In this document: one piece after another, positions 28,393 to 37,525 of the stretch
How the letters are laid out: every line of letters begins with the position of its first letter
How positions within the stretch are numbered: position 1 is the stretch's first letter
Assembly: GCA_038874115.1 (NCBI GenBank)
Contig: JAVZDC010000001.1
Span: 138,871 to 202,870 of the forward strand
DNA: 64,000 nucleotides
DNA from: an archaeon
GTDB lineage: Archaea; B1Sed10-29; JAVZDC01
Direction of reading: 5' to 3'
The notes under the pieces: generated by a model
Told to the model about the DNA's origin: nothing
Seen by the model: the letters and a program-made list of their open reading frames with translations, nothing else
Databases searched by the model: none
Translations under genes and position numbers: made by a program

Positions 28393-29220
28393 GTGAGTGT
28401 GATCGAAATGGCTGCGGATTGGGAAGATTATGAAGAAGGACGTGGATTGAAAAGATATGAAATAACAATACCTCTTTTGCTATTGATATTTGTATTTTTC
28501 ATAATTGCTTGGAAATTTAATTGGCTTGTTGGGCTTCCAGTGATAGGAGAAATTTTATATCCGAAAGCAATAAATGTTTTAATCGTTGGTAACGATTTAT
28601 CAATACAACAATCTCTTCAACAAATGCAAATAGGACTTCCAATAAACTATCATGTTCTGTCTGCTAATGAAATTCAAAATATAATATCCTCTGATTATTT
28701 GAAAAAATATGACTTGGTAATACTAACTGAATATGCGGGAAATAATCCGGGAGAACTTCCACAAATGTTTAGAAGCCACTTGGTTAAATATTTACAAGGG
28801 GGAGGAAAGTTAATCCTATATGGGGTTGCAGGAAGTATTGATCCTGAATCTCCGACAACAGATGGATGGAAACAAGAAGGTTTAAACATTTACATTCCAG
28901 TAACATGTACATCTAGACCTTGCCAAAAAGAAACTTTCTCTGCTGCAGATTTGATAATTTTAATTAGACAACCTGAGCATAGAATAGTAAAAGAATTTGG
29001 ATATTCAACAAACTTTAGTGATTCCCCTATCGAAATAACAAAAGTTAACCCTGAAAACGAGGAGGTATTTGTAATTAAAGATAATTTGACAAGAGTTGTG
29101 TATCCTGGAGTTGTAGAAAAATCATTTGGTATAACTGGAAAAACGGTGTATTTCTCATACCATCCATCAAAGCACCCAGTTATATTTAAAAACACGATAT
29201 CATATTTATTTGGGAGGTAA
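28393..29220 (+). CDS. Membrane-anchored class-I GATase-like-fold protein (paralog 2; start probably 28408)
   Basis: TM; LKKYDLVIL, YLQGGGKLILYGVAG, EHRIV, GKTVYFSYHP, FKNTISYL. Confidence 0.65.
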   Translation: MSVIEMAADWEDYEEGRGLKRYEITIPLLLLIFVFFIIAWKFNWLVGLPVIGEILYPKAINVLIVGNDLSIQQSLQQMQIGLPINYHVLSANEIQNIISSDYLKKYDLVILTEYAGNNPGELPQMFRSHLVKYLQGGGKLILYGVAGSIDPESPTTDGWKQEGLNIYIPVTCTSRPCQKETFSAADLIILIRQPEHRIVKEFGYSTNFSDSPIEITKVNPENEEVFVIKDNLTRVVYPGVVEKSFGITGKTVYFSYHPSKHPVIFKNTISYLFGR

Positions 29221-29224
29221 TTGA

Positions 29225-30103
29225 ATGAGTGCGGAGTATTATGACTATTATGGAAATGGTGGATTTAGAAAATATTTAGAAGGGATAATTCCATTGCTGC
29301 TTTTAGCGATCATTGGGATTGTACTTTTAGGAAAAACAACATCGATCTTTTGTAATGTGCCAGTGCTTAACTCGGTATTTTGCCCAGTCAAAATAACCAA
29401 AATTGCTGTAATTGGAGACTTTGAAGCGAAAAACGTCGAAAATCCAACAGAAGTGAAAGCTCCAGAGTTCAAGAATTGGCTAGATCTCGAAGGCCCAAAT
29501 TGGAAAGTGTATTATGAAGTTTTTCCAGCAGAAGTGTTTCAATATTCAAAAGAAGCATTGCTTAAAAACTATGACATAGTGGTCATGGTGGGAGAGAGAA
29601 ACTTTACAAGAGCAGTAAAGGATGCGATAGGATGGTATGTAGACAATGGTGGAAAATTAATAATAATTGGAGATGCTGGGATATATGATCCTGGAGACGT
29701 TTTTGTGAATGGCTGGGGTGGAGAATTGTCCCGCGCGGCTCCAGTACAACTTATAGATGCAACAGGATATCAACTGAAAGAACCTGTGTTGCGTATTATG
29801 GACATCGAACACCCAATATACAAAGAAACTGCTTATGGAATTGGTGGAGCAAACTTTTCCAAATTAAAGGACAAACCGAGTTGCTATCAAGAACTAAAGA
29901 TAATTAGAATAATTCCAAATCAAGGAAAAACGATCGCAGTACTCAAAGGGAAAGACCAGCAAAATAAACCTAAGTTAGAACCAGCAGTTATAGATTCTGG
30001 AGCACTTTGGGGCGGCAGAGTAATATACTTTGCATACGACCCGGGATGCACTCCAAACGCGCTATTGAACACAATAAGATACTTAAGCGGAAAAGCAAGA
30101 TAA
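29225..30103 (+). CDS. Membrane-anchored class-I GATase-like-fold protein (paralog 3)
   Basis: TM; LKNYDIVVM, YVDNGGKLIIIGDAG, EHPIY, GRVIYFAYDP, LLNTIRYL. Confidence 0.65.
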   Translation: MSAEYYDYYGNGGFRKYLEGIIPLLLLAIIGIVLLGKTTSIFCNVPVLNSVFCPVKITKIAVIGDFEAKNVENPTEVKAPEFKNWLDLEGPNWKVYYEVFPAEVFQYSKEALLKNYDIVVMVGERNFTRAVKDAIGWYVDNGGKLIIIGDAGIYDPGDVFVNGWGGELSRAAPVQLIDATGYQLKEPVLRIMDIEHPIYKETAYGIGGANFSKLKDKPSCYQELKIIRIIPNQGKTIAVLKGKDQQNKPKLEPAVIDSGALWGGRVIYFAYDPGCTPNALLNTIRYLSGKAR

Positions 30104-30112
30104 AATCTTTTT

Positions 30113-31861
30113 TTAATTTTTTTCTAATTCCACTCTTTTTTGTTTCTTATACATCTCTAAAATCTCTTGAACTGTAGTGGAGTCCTCCGGATTTTTATCG
30201 AACCTATGAGAAATCATTCTTGGAAAACGAAGCGCTAAGCCAGTTTCTTTTTCTCTAGCGCAAGTATGAAGCGGGCTTTTTGATATTTCATCTGCAGCTA
30301 AAGTGATTACATACTTTGGTTCAACCCAAACATCCGGAGCGAGAATTGAATTTACACGAGAAGGTTTTTTACTCACTTTAATTTTATCCAACATTTCTTT
30401 TAATTCTCTCATTTGATCCTCGGTAAAACCAGAACCAACTTTTGCGATAGTTACAAATTCATCTTTCTTATCGTCATACACTCCAGTAAGAAGCCCACCA
30501 AGACCAAATTCAACTCTTGCACCCCGACCAAAATAATATCCAAGAATAACAACATCAATAGTATCTTGCAATTCTCCTTTATAACTTCTTTTAAGTTTGA
30601 TCCAAGCAAATTTCCTTGCCCCTGCGATGTAAGGTGCACTTAGGTCTTTAGCAATTAAACCTTCCAAGCCTCGGGTTACATAATCGTTAAAAGTTGCTTC
30701 AAGTTCTTCTACAGAGTTAACGATTTTCATCTCAGAAATTTTTAAAATTCCTTTAGAATGCGCTAACATTTTTTCTAAAATTTTTCTTCGCTCAAGATAT
30801 GGCTTCTTTAATAAATTTTTCCCATCAAGGTATAAAACATCAAAAACAAATAGATTTAAAGGTAACTTTTCTGTAATTTTTTCAATGTCATACTTTCTTT
30901 TCCTCTGCATGGTAATTTGGAATGAATAATATTCGCCGGTTTGCTCGTTATAAGTCAAAGCTTCTCCTTCAAAAACAATTTGCTCATAAGGCAACTTTTT
31001 CGTTTCTTCAACTATCTCTGGAAACATATTTGTCAAATCTTCCAATCTTCTTGAAAAAATTTTGACTTTATCTGAAAGTTTATGAACTTGAAGCCTAACC
31101 CCATCGTATTTGGCCTCAGCAGCACATCTTCCAAGCTTTTTAAAAATTTCTTCAGCACTTGGCAATCTTTCAGCTAACGCAGGTCTTATTGGAATTCCAG
31201 GAGAGATCGAAATGTTCTCTAAAGCTTCCAAACCGCCCTTCCAAAAAATTTCTGCTATCAAACCTAAATCAGGACAAATATTGTAAGCATCTTCTAATTT
31301 TTCTCTTAATTTTTTGTGCCCTGCAGCCATAACGGATATAGCATCCAAAACTGTCGGATCTCCGATGCCTAACCTTAAATTTCCTGTCGGAATTCTTGCC
31401 AAATACCTCGCTTCTAATGGAGAAGCATTATTAAATAATTCGGCTAAAAGCCTTATCTTTAATTCTTGAGACCTTTCTCCAGTCCTTGTAGCAATTTTAT
31501 AAAAATTATTAAAAACGTGCTCCACAGTTAATTTTTCAAAAAAGAAACTTTTTTGTTTCTTTTTAGAGACTAACTTTTCAGCAACTAAACCAAGGTCTCC
31601 TAAAGACTTGTATTCGGATTCAACCTCTTTTTTAGAAAATCCGGTAGCTAAAGCAATGCTCTCCTCCACAAACTTTTCCCCAACACCTAGCTCTATGCCT
31701 TCAAAAGGAGAAGCAACTCTACATTGAAGAAGATAAATGATTTTACGAATTTCCTCCTGCGATGCTTTTTTTAAAAGCTCTGCAAGAATGTTTGTCATCT
31801 CTAAACGTGAAGAAGTTAATTCCAAAGAATTAAAGCATTTGGCTAAGACTTCGAAATCCAT
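30113..31861 (-). CDS. lig: ATP-dependent DNA ligase
   Basis: EAKYDG.R, EGE, FDVLY, EGLIAK, WIKLK, LRFPR. Confidence 0.97.
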   Translation of the reverse strand: MDFEVLAKCFNSLELTSSRLEMTNILAELLKKASQEEIRKIIYLLQCRVASPFEGIELGVGEKFVEESIALATGFSKKEVESEYKSLGDLGLVAEKLVSKKKQKSFFFEKLTVEHVFNNFYKIATRTGERSQELKIRLLAELFNNASPLEARYLARIPTGNLRLGIGDPTVLDAISVMAAGHKKLREKLEDAYNICPDLGLIAEIFWKGGLEALENISISPGIPIRPALAERLPSAEEIFKKLGRCAAEAKYDGVRLQVHKLSDKVKIFSRRLEDLTNMFPEIVEETKKLPYEQIVFEGEALTYNEQTGEYYSFQITMQRKRKYDIEKITEKLPLNLFVFDVLYLDGKNLLKKPYLERRKILEKMLAHSKGILKISEMKIVNSVEELEATFNDYVTRGLEGLIAKDLSAPYIAGARKFAWIKLKRSYKGELQDTIDVVILGYYFGRGARVEFGLGGLLTGVYDDKKDEFVTIAKVGSGFTEDQMRELKEMLDKIKVSKKPSRVNSILAPDVWVEPKYVITLAADEISKSPLHTCAREKETGLALRFPRMISHRFDKNPEDSTTVQEILEMYKKQKRVELEKN

Positions 31862-31911
31862 AAATTTTAAAAAATACTAAATTATAAAAAGATATCCATG
31901 CGAGGGATAAT

Positions 31912-32478
31912 TTGACGAATAAAAAGCCGGTAATAGTTGGAATCGATCCTGGATCTACGATCGGAATAGCAATTTTAAATTTCAATGGTGAAATAATCGA
32001 TCTAATGAGTGGAAAGAACTTAAGTTTGAAAGACATTGTTTTTGCGTTACAAGAATATGAACCAACGATAATCGGCACAGATAGAGTACCCGCACCAAAA
32101 ATAATTAAAAAACTATGCTCTATCTTTAAAGCTAAACTTTATCTTCCAAAAAGGCCTTTGGAAAGATTGGAAAAAAGTAAAATAATTCAAGGATACAATT
32201 TTAAAAATCAACATGAAGCTGATGCATTGGCAAGTGCGTTAAAAGCATACATGAGCTTTTCTGGAAAGATAAGACAAATAAAAAAACAAGAAGGAGCGAA
32301 TTTTGAAAATATGATAAAAAAGAGGCTTTTTGAAAAAAGATCTAGCGAAAGCTTTTTAATGGCTAAAAGTAATAATAAAAACAAGGAGGTAGATAGCGAT
32401 GACGGAGAATCAAAGCGTGATTTACATCGGAAAAAAAGGGCTAATGAAATACATTTTGGCAGCAACTCAGGCGTTTAA
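31912..32478 (+). CDS. DUF460 family (RNase H-like fold) protein, short form
   Basis: IVGIDPG.T.G.A, IIGTD..P.P, N.HE.DALA.A. Confidence 0.8.
   Translation: MTNKKPVIVGIDPGSTIGIAILNFNGEIIDLMSGKNLSLKDIVFALQEYEPTIIGTDRVPAPKIIKKLCSIFKAKLYLPKRPLERLEKSKIIQGYNFKNQHEADALASALKAYMSFSGKIRQIKKQEGANFENMIKKRLFEKRSSESFLMAKSNNKNKEVDSDDGESKRDLHRKKRANEIHFGSNSGV
32345..32359 (+). promoter_or_regulatory. BRE/TATA promoter of alba, internal to the DUF460 ORF
   Basis: GCGAAAGCTTTTTAA followed by SD GGAGGT before the alba ATG. Confidence 0.55.
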
Positions 32479-32674
32479 CGCCGGTGCAAACGAAATTACG
32501 ATAAAAGCTAGAGGAAAATTAATATCTAGAGCAGTAGATGTAGCGGAAATTATAAAAAATAAATTTATGAAAGAAATAAAAGTCAAAGACATAAAAATAG
32601 GTACTGAAGAGGTTCAAAATTCAGATGGAAGCAAATCCCTTGTCTCAAACATCGAAATTGTTCTTTCAAAGTAA
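32399..32674 (+). CDS. albA: DNA/RNA-binding protein Alba
   Basis: IYIGKK..M.Y, IKARG..ISRAVDVAE, VS.IEI.L. Confidence 0.96.
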   Translation: MTENQSVIYIGKKGLMKYILAATQAFNAGANEITIKARGKLISRAVDVAEIIKNKFMKEIKVKDIKIGTEEVQNSDGSKSLVSNIEIVLSK

Positions 32675-32693
32675 AAATCTTTTTTTACTTTTT

Positions 32694-35102
32694 TTATCCT
32701 TTTTGCAGTATTGGTTTTGCAAAGATAAAATATATTGCTACTCCTATTAACACTAGAACAATACAAAGAATCAGGATTATTTTTTCATCAAGTACACTTT
32801 CCTGAAAAGAAGTTTGATTTTGACTTGTAACATTATTTTGTCCTTCGGAAGTTTTATTACCTTGAATATTTGCGGAATAATTTTGCAAAGCGATTGCAAA
32901 CCAAGAGAAATTAGATAACCTTGCTTTAAAAGTATAAAAAATATCATTTTCCCCTATCTTCTCAATCGGGATGTCGTACCAAGAGTTATTGAAATACTTC
33001 AATAAAATTATATCTTGCCAAGAAGCATTTCTTTGAGAAAGCCAGGACTTTGAGACGTTAAATTGCAAGGATAAATTACTTAAAATGGATGAGTTCGTTA
33101 TTTGAATGTCAAAAAACAAATAAACTGAATTATTTGGTGCAATAATCGATTGTGGTTTCTGGAACGATTCGGTATATTGGAATGAAACATTTCCAGAGGA
33201 GTTAAACCAAAATTCAAACAAAAATACTGTTTTGTTTTCCAAAGTAATGTTCTTTATCTCTCCTTTCTGTCCAGAGATTATTTTTGTTTGGTTTTGAGAT
33301 GCATTTCCAGACTGGTTTGTTCCCCCTCCGCCGTTACTTTGTTGCTGTTGCTCATTTGAAATAACTGCAATCGTTGTGCTGTTTGAGACTTGAGACATTT
33401 TACAAACAATTGGGCCTGAAACCGTACAATCATCTGTGGTTGCTGAAAAAGTGAGTAATAAAGTCCCCGCTACCTGAGGAATACAATTATACGTGTAAGA
33501 ATGCTCTGATTCATTCGCAGATACTAAATAACAAACGCCATTATTGAAAGTATAAGTTGGAGTAACAGATTTCTGTCCATACTTACTCCAAACAATCACT
33601 GTAAAAGTAGATCCTTTTGTCAAAGATACATAAGAAGTATTTGCGCTAATGTTTAAAAAATCGTTCAAGTTAAAACTAGAACTCACATTCGTGTAAGTAT
33701 TTTCATAAGAAAGTTTTAAAACATATATTCCACTCGGCCAGGATTGTGATCTTATTTCATATTTTTGAGAAATTAAAGCCGATGTATTTTCATCTAAAAG
33801 TGTAGAGTTCGGATAGTATACTCTGTACGAGAAGTTTGTATTTGGTGCTTGAATCCCATTTTGCGAAATATTTGAAACATTTAAGAAAAGAGAAGTTTTA
33901 TTGAAGTATACAGAACCAATATAATTTAAAGAATAATTGATTTCTCCAATCAAACCATATAAAGAACCGTTTTCATGCACTGTAATGTTTAATTGTATAA
34001 AATTAAAGGGTAAGTTATTTGGTCCAACTTCTTGAAAGGATTCTTTTGAGTTCGCAAAAGAAGAATAATCCATATACCAAGTGTTGTTGTATTTAGAAAA
34101 AACTACCTGGGAAAAACTAGTATATGGCCATGTTGATTGATTTGGAAGCCCAATCCCGAGAGCTAAAGGCAAATATTGAGCGTTTGAAGAAAAATTAAGA
34201 TACAACAAAGCTTGATTCGAAATTAAAAAATAATTTTGAGGCGGAGTTAAACTCGAAGGGTTCAATGCTTTTAAAAGAATACTGGAAGGTTCTGACTTCC
34301 AAGTTTTTAGTACCGCATAATATTTATCGATTCCGATTAAAGCAGAAAGATTGAAAAAAGTAACATCTATTAAAAAAATGTCTGCTGCGCTGCTATTATA
34401 AATAGAACATCTAAGCAAATTTATTTCAGAAGTTTGATTAACAAATATACCAATTGTAGAATTTGATACTATGTTCTCAATGATGGAACCATTCGTTGCA
34501 TTTTCAATATAAAACCCAAATTCTGCAAGACTAATGGAATTATGTAAAAAAGTGAAATTTTCCAAGTTTTTGAGGAACACGGGTTTAGAAACATGATTAA
34601 AAATATTTAAGTACGCTTCTACTCGTCCATTGGATTCAGAAAATATTCCGTACGATAAATTTTCGAACGCATTTGAAGAAATATTAAGCACTGCATTAAT
34701 GGCAAGTATTCCATAAGAGCTATTTGTAAAATTATTGTTTACACTAGATATCGGTACTTCATTTCCCGAATTAGAAATATTTATAGCGGTAGAAAAGTTT
34801 TGAAAATTACAATTTAAAAAAGAAATGTTGTTTTTACCTTCTATTAGTAAGCCTAGATTTGAACCATTTCCAAATATGAAAGTATAATTGCAATCAAATA
34901 TAAGTCCGGATGAATTTAAAACAAAAATTGGGGAAGCATTTGAAAAGACTGGCTCAGTACAGTTCAAAGTCACGTTTGTGTTGATGAAATATGTATCTTC
35001 TCCACTACTTGGACAAAAAGCATCTGAATTCACAGGAATCTCTACACAAATCCCGGAAAAAAGCATGAAAAGGAATATAGAAAATATTTTCAAATTTTTC
35101 AT
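32694..35102 (-). CDS. Large surface glycoprotein: beta-helix, Ig-like and PGF-pre-PGF-like domains, C-terminal TM
   Basis: Signal peptide, NosD-like repeats, Q/G linker, F.V.KSWL...FSWFAI, terminal TM. Confidence 0.8.
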   Translation of the reverse strand: MKNLKIFSIFLFMLFSGICVEIPVNSDAFCPSSGEDTYFINTNVTLNCTEPVFSNASPIFVLNSSGLIFDCNYTFIFGNGSNLGLLIEGKNNISFLNCNFQNFSTAINISNSGNEVPISSVNNNFTNSSYGILAINAVLNISSNAFENLSYGIFSESNGRVEAYLNIFNHVSKPVFLKNLENFTFLHNSISLAEFGFYIENATNGSIIENIVSNSTIGIFVNQTSEINLLRCSIYNSSAADIFLIDVTFFNLSALIGIDKYYAVLKTWKSEPSSILLKALNPSSLTPPQNYFLISNQALLYLNFSSNAQYLPLALGIGLPNQSTWPYTSFSQVVFSKYNNTWYMDYSSFANSKESFQEVGPNNLPFNFIQLNITVHENGSLYGLIGEINYSLNYIGSVYFNKTSLFLNVSNISQNGIQAPNTNFSYRVYYPNSTLLDENTSALISQKYEIRSQSWPSGIYVLKLSYENTYTNVSSSFNLNDFLNISANTSYVSLTKGSTFTVIVWSKYGQKSVTPTYTFNNGVCYLVSANESEHSYTYNCIPQVAGTLLLTFSATTDDCTVSGPIVCKMSQVSNSTTIAVISNEQQQQSNGGGGTNQSGNASQNQTKIISGQKGEIKNITLENKTVFLFEFWFNSSGNVSFQYTESFQKPQSIIAPNNSVYLFFDIQITNSSILSNLSLQFNVSKSWLSQRNASWQDIILLKYFNNSWYDIPIEKIGENDIFYTFKARLSNFSWFAIALQNYSANIQGNKTSEGQNNVTSQNQTSFQESVLDEKIILILCIVLVLIGVAIYFIFAKPILQKG

Positions 35103-35149
35103 ATTTTAATTATTACGGAGTTAAAGGCTATAAATGTTACTCTAAATCA

Positions 35150-35164
35150 CGAAAGGTTTTTATA
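35150..35164 (+). promoter_or_regulatory. BRE/TATA promoter
   Basis: CGAAAGGTTTTTATA upstream of SD GGTGA and the GTG at 35201. Confidence 0.55.
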
Positions 35165-35200
35165 TTTGAAAATATTAAATATAACAACGACGGTGACGGT

Positions 35201-35866
35201 GTGAACGTTGAATTAAAGATGCACTCTGGAGAATTAGAATATATTTGTGATTTGAGAAAGATATCAAATACATCTGAAAAAGAATTTGAAATAAATACGA
35301 TTTTTAAAATCATTCAAGCTTTTAGACCAAGAGACGTAAAAATACAAATTGATGATGCGTTTAAAAAAATAGACAAATTAACTTTTAACCCGACAATATC
35401 AGGACCAAATATTTTATTAAAAGATTGTTTTGGAAGAGCTTTTTCAATGTGGTTTAAACCAGTATTTTATATTCCTCTCCAAAATACTGCAAACCCTTTT
35501 GTAGTGGATCTAATCATCTTCAGAGATTTAAATAAATCCATGTATGCTTTTGACATTGAACTTCAAAGAAAACTTTACATGTATGAATTTTTATCTGACG
35601 CTATGCTTAAAGATATTAGTGCTCACCTTTTAAGCTTGCTAAAAACTCCGCTAATTTTGGTGAGTATTAAAAAAGAAATGAATCTGGAAAACTTAAAGGA
35701 ATTGGTAATTTTGAAAAATGCGATAAAACCAAAGAAAACGATAATTATTTGCGAAAGTAAGATTTCCGATGAGTTGCGTAAATATATTCCAGCAGAAATC
35801 AAAATATTAGATGATTTTAAAAATTCGGAAAAAGAATTGGAAATGATTATTCGAGAATATACTTGA
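35201..35866 (+). CDS. Hypothetical protein, possible degenerate PD-(D/E)XK fold
   Basis: Promoter and SD present; VVDLII...LILVSIK pattern. Confidence 0.6.
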   Translation: MNVELKMHSGELEYICDLRKISNTSEKEFEINTIFKIIQAFRPRDVKIQIDDAFKKIDKLTFNPTISGPNILLKDCFGRAFSMWFKPVFYIPLQNTANPFVVDLIIFRDLNKSMYAFDIELQRKLYMYEFLSDAMLKDISAHLLSLLKTPLILVSIKKEMNLENLKELVILKNAIKPKKTIIICESKISDELRKYIPAEIKILDDFKNSEKELEMIIREYT

Positions 35867-36115
35867 TTATTTTTCTATCAACTCACGAGCTGATAAATGA
35901 AGTAAAATCTCTGTTACGTTCGGGACCTTATCTTCCAATGCGATTTTTGCTTCATTCCAAGTAAGTTTCCGTTGTAATTTTCTTTGTTCTTCAAAAATTA
36001 TATCACAAGCGATTTCCCAATTTTCTGGAGTTGAATGTTCCGTGGTTTCTTTCTTTGAACTTTGCTCAATGCTATCGTTAATTACATATTTTTTTGTAAA
36101 CCTTAGATTTCTCAT
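35867..36115 (-). CDS. Small hypothetical protein
   Basis: SD GGAGGA; start overlaps the upstream HTH gene stop. Confidence 0.6.
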   Translation of the reverse strand: MRNLRFTKKYVINDSIEQSSKKETTEHSTPENWEIACDIIFEEQRKLQRKLTWNEAKIALEDKVPNVTEILLHLSARELIEK

Positions 36116-36795
36116 AAATATTCCTCCTTTATTCTTTTTTGAATTTCTTCAATCGGGAGAAAAGTTACCCCTAATGGAATTCTTAATGTTTCGGCTATTT
36201 TTATCGCCAATTTATCTACGTTTGAAATATTGTGAAAGATAACTAACGCAGGTTTTAGCTTTGTAATTCTAATCGCAATCATCGGGCTTCGCCCCAATGT
36301 CACATTTGTAAAAAGTAATGCCCGTTCTGTTGTGGAACCATATATTTTTATGAAGTCGTCAGCAGGTAAATCTAATATTGCTTTTATTGAATCTACTAAA
36401 GTAAATCCGTATAAAAGTCTGCTCGAACTCTCCTCCTTTAAAGTCAATAAATCTGCGCGTATTGTTGAACAAAAAGAAGAAATTGTACACGGCTTTGAAA
36501 ATTCTAAAGCGGTGAAAATATCGCTTGTCTTTTCTCCTGCAAATTTTTTAACTACCCACCCTCCATGCTGCATATCTATTTGAATCAAAGCATTTACAAA
36601 TCTTTTTATAACGGATATTCCTGGACTCTTTCTACGATTTCCCTCGTAATCGGAAATCGTACTTGGACTTATATTCAAATATTTCGCTAATTCAATTTGA
36701 TTTATTCCAAAAATTTCTCTCCATTTTTTCATACATGCTCCTGGATTATTGGACAAAGCTATTTCTCCTGCAATTTTAACTAAAAAGTCATCCAT
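36112..36795 (-). CDS. Archaeal XRE-HTH transcriptional regulator (COG1709-like)
   Basis: IAGEI.LS..PG..MKKWREIF...SDYE..RRKSPG, TTERAL.FT.V..GRSPMIAIR. Confidence 0.9.
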   Translation of the reverse strand: MDDFLVKIAGEIALSNNPGACMKKWREIFGINQIELAKYLNISPSTISDYEGNRRKSPGISVIKRFVNALIQIDMQHGGWVVKKFAGEKTSDIFTALEFSKPCTISSFCSTIRADLLTLKEESSSRLLYGFTLVDSIKAILDLPADDFIKIYGSTTERALLFTNVTLGRSPMIAIRITKLKPALVIFHNISNVDKLAIKIAETLRIPLGVTFLPIEEIQKRIKEEYL

Positions 36796-36834
36796 ACCTT
36801 AAATATTGAACATTCTGCAATAAAAAACTTTTGT

Positions 36835-36917
36835 AAAAAATGAGGGAGGAGAGGAGAAAGGAAGGTCCACCGGGCCAAAAAGAGGAAGGAAACTATCCTC
36901 TCCAAAAAAGTAGATAT
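36835..36917 (-). ncRNA. Candidate CU-rich small RNA
   Basis: Own BRE/TATA upstream, 8-bp inverted repeat (36848-36855/36896-36903), ends in a T6 run; no ORF. Confidence 0.35.
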
Positions 36918-36937
36918 TTTATTTTATGTGGAGGGGA

Positions 36938-36955
36938 TATATAAAGCTTTCGGTT
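36938..36955 (-). promoter_or_regulatory. Strong BRE/TATA promoter
   Basis: Minus strand AACCGAAAGCTTTATATA. Confidence 0.65.
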
Positions 36956-37009
36956 TGCATGAACGTTTGATGCTTCAAATTAAAAAAGGGTGATCAAATG
37001 TTAACCTGC

Positions 37010-37258
37010 TTATTTTGGAAAATTTACTACGATATATTTCCCTACCGCTCTCACATTTTCGAAAGGAATTCTTAATAGATCGTCTTCGACATAATTTTCC
37101 AAATCTCTTGAAACTTGGTCGACTCGTACAAGTAAAGCAGATATTGCTCCTCCAAGTTCAAAATCAAGATCTTCAACAACGCCAAGATCCATCCCGGTGG
37201 TGGAGACCACAGTTTTTCCGATTAGAGATTTTCCCGTAACTACGTTCATTCCAGTCAC
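37010..37258 (-). CDS. PRC-barrel protein (CdpB2-like)
   Basis: L.GK.V....G..LG.V.D...G.I..L.V...IPF..VRAVG.YIVV. Confidence 0.85.
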   Translation of the reverse strand: MTGMNVVTGKSLIGKTVVSTTGMDLGVVEDLDFELGGAISALLVRVDQVSRDLENYVEDDLLRIPFENVRAVGKYIVVNFPK

Positions 37259-37491
37259 CTCAAAATAATTATATCATCTATCGCAACTACTCTTTCAAAA
37301 CTAAACAAATGCTCTTTTAAAGCTTTCCTTAAATCTTCCTTAGGCATTCCTTTAAAAGCACTTAAATCTTCTGTTGTTATGTATTTTATTTTACCATCTT
37401 TTGTGTCAATTAAAACTTCTTTTGCAATTCCTAAAAAAGTACTGGATTCCGAATAGATCGGTTTTTGATAGATATCCGTAAGTTTGTACAT
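37255..37491 (-). CDS. PRC-barrel protein (CdpB1-like)
   Basis: K.IYS....FLG...EVLID...GKI...F..V.AI.DIII. Confidence 0.8.
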   Translation of the reverse strand: MYKLTDIYQKPIYSESSTFLGIAKEVLIDTKDGKIKYITTEDLSAFKGMPKEDLRKALKEHLFSFERVVAIDDIIILR

Positions 37492-37525
37492 ATTATCACC
37501 CTTAAATATAATTTAAATCAAAACT

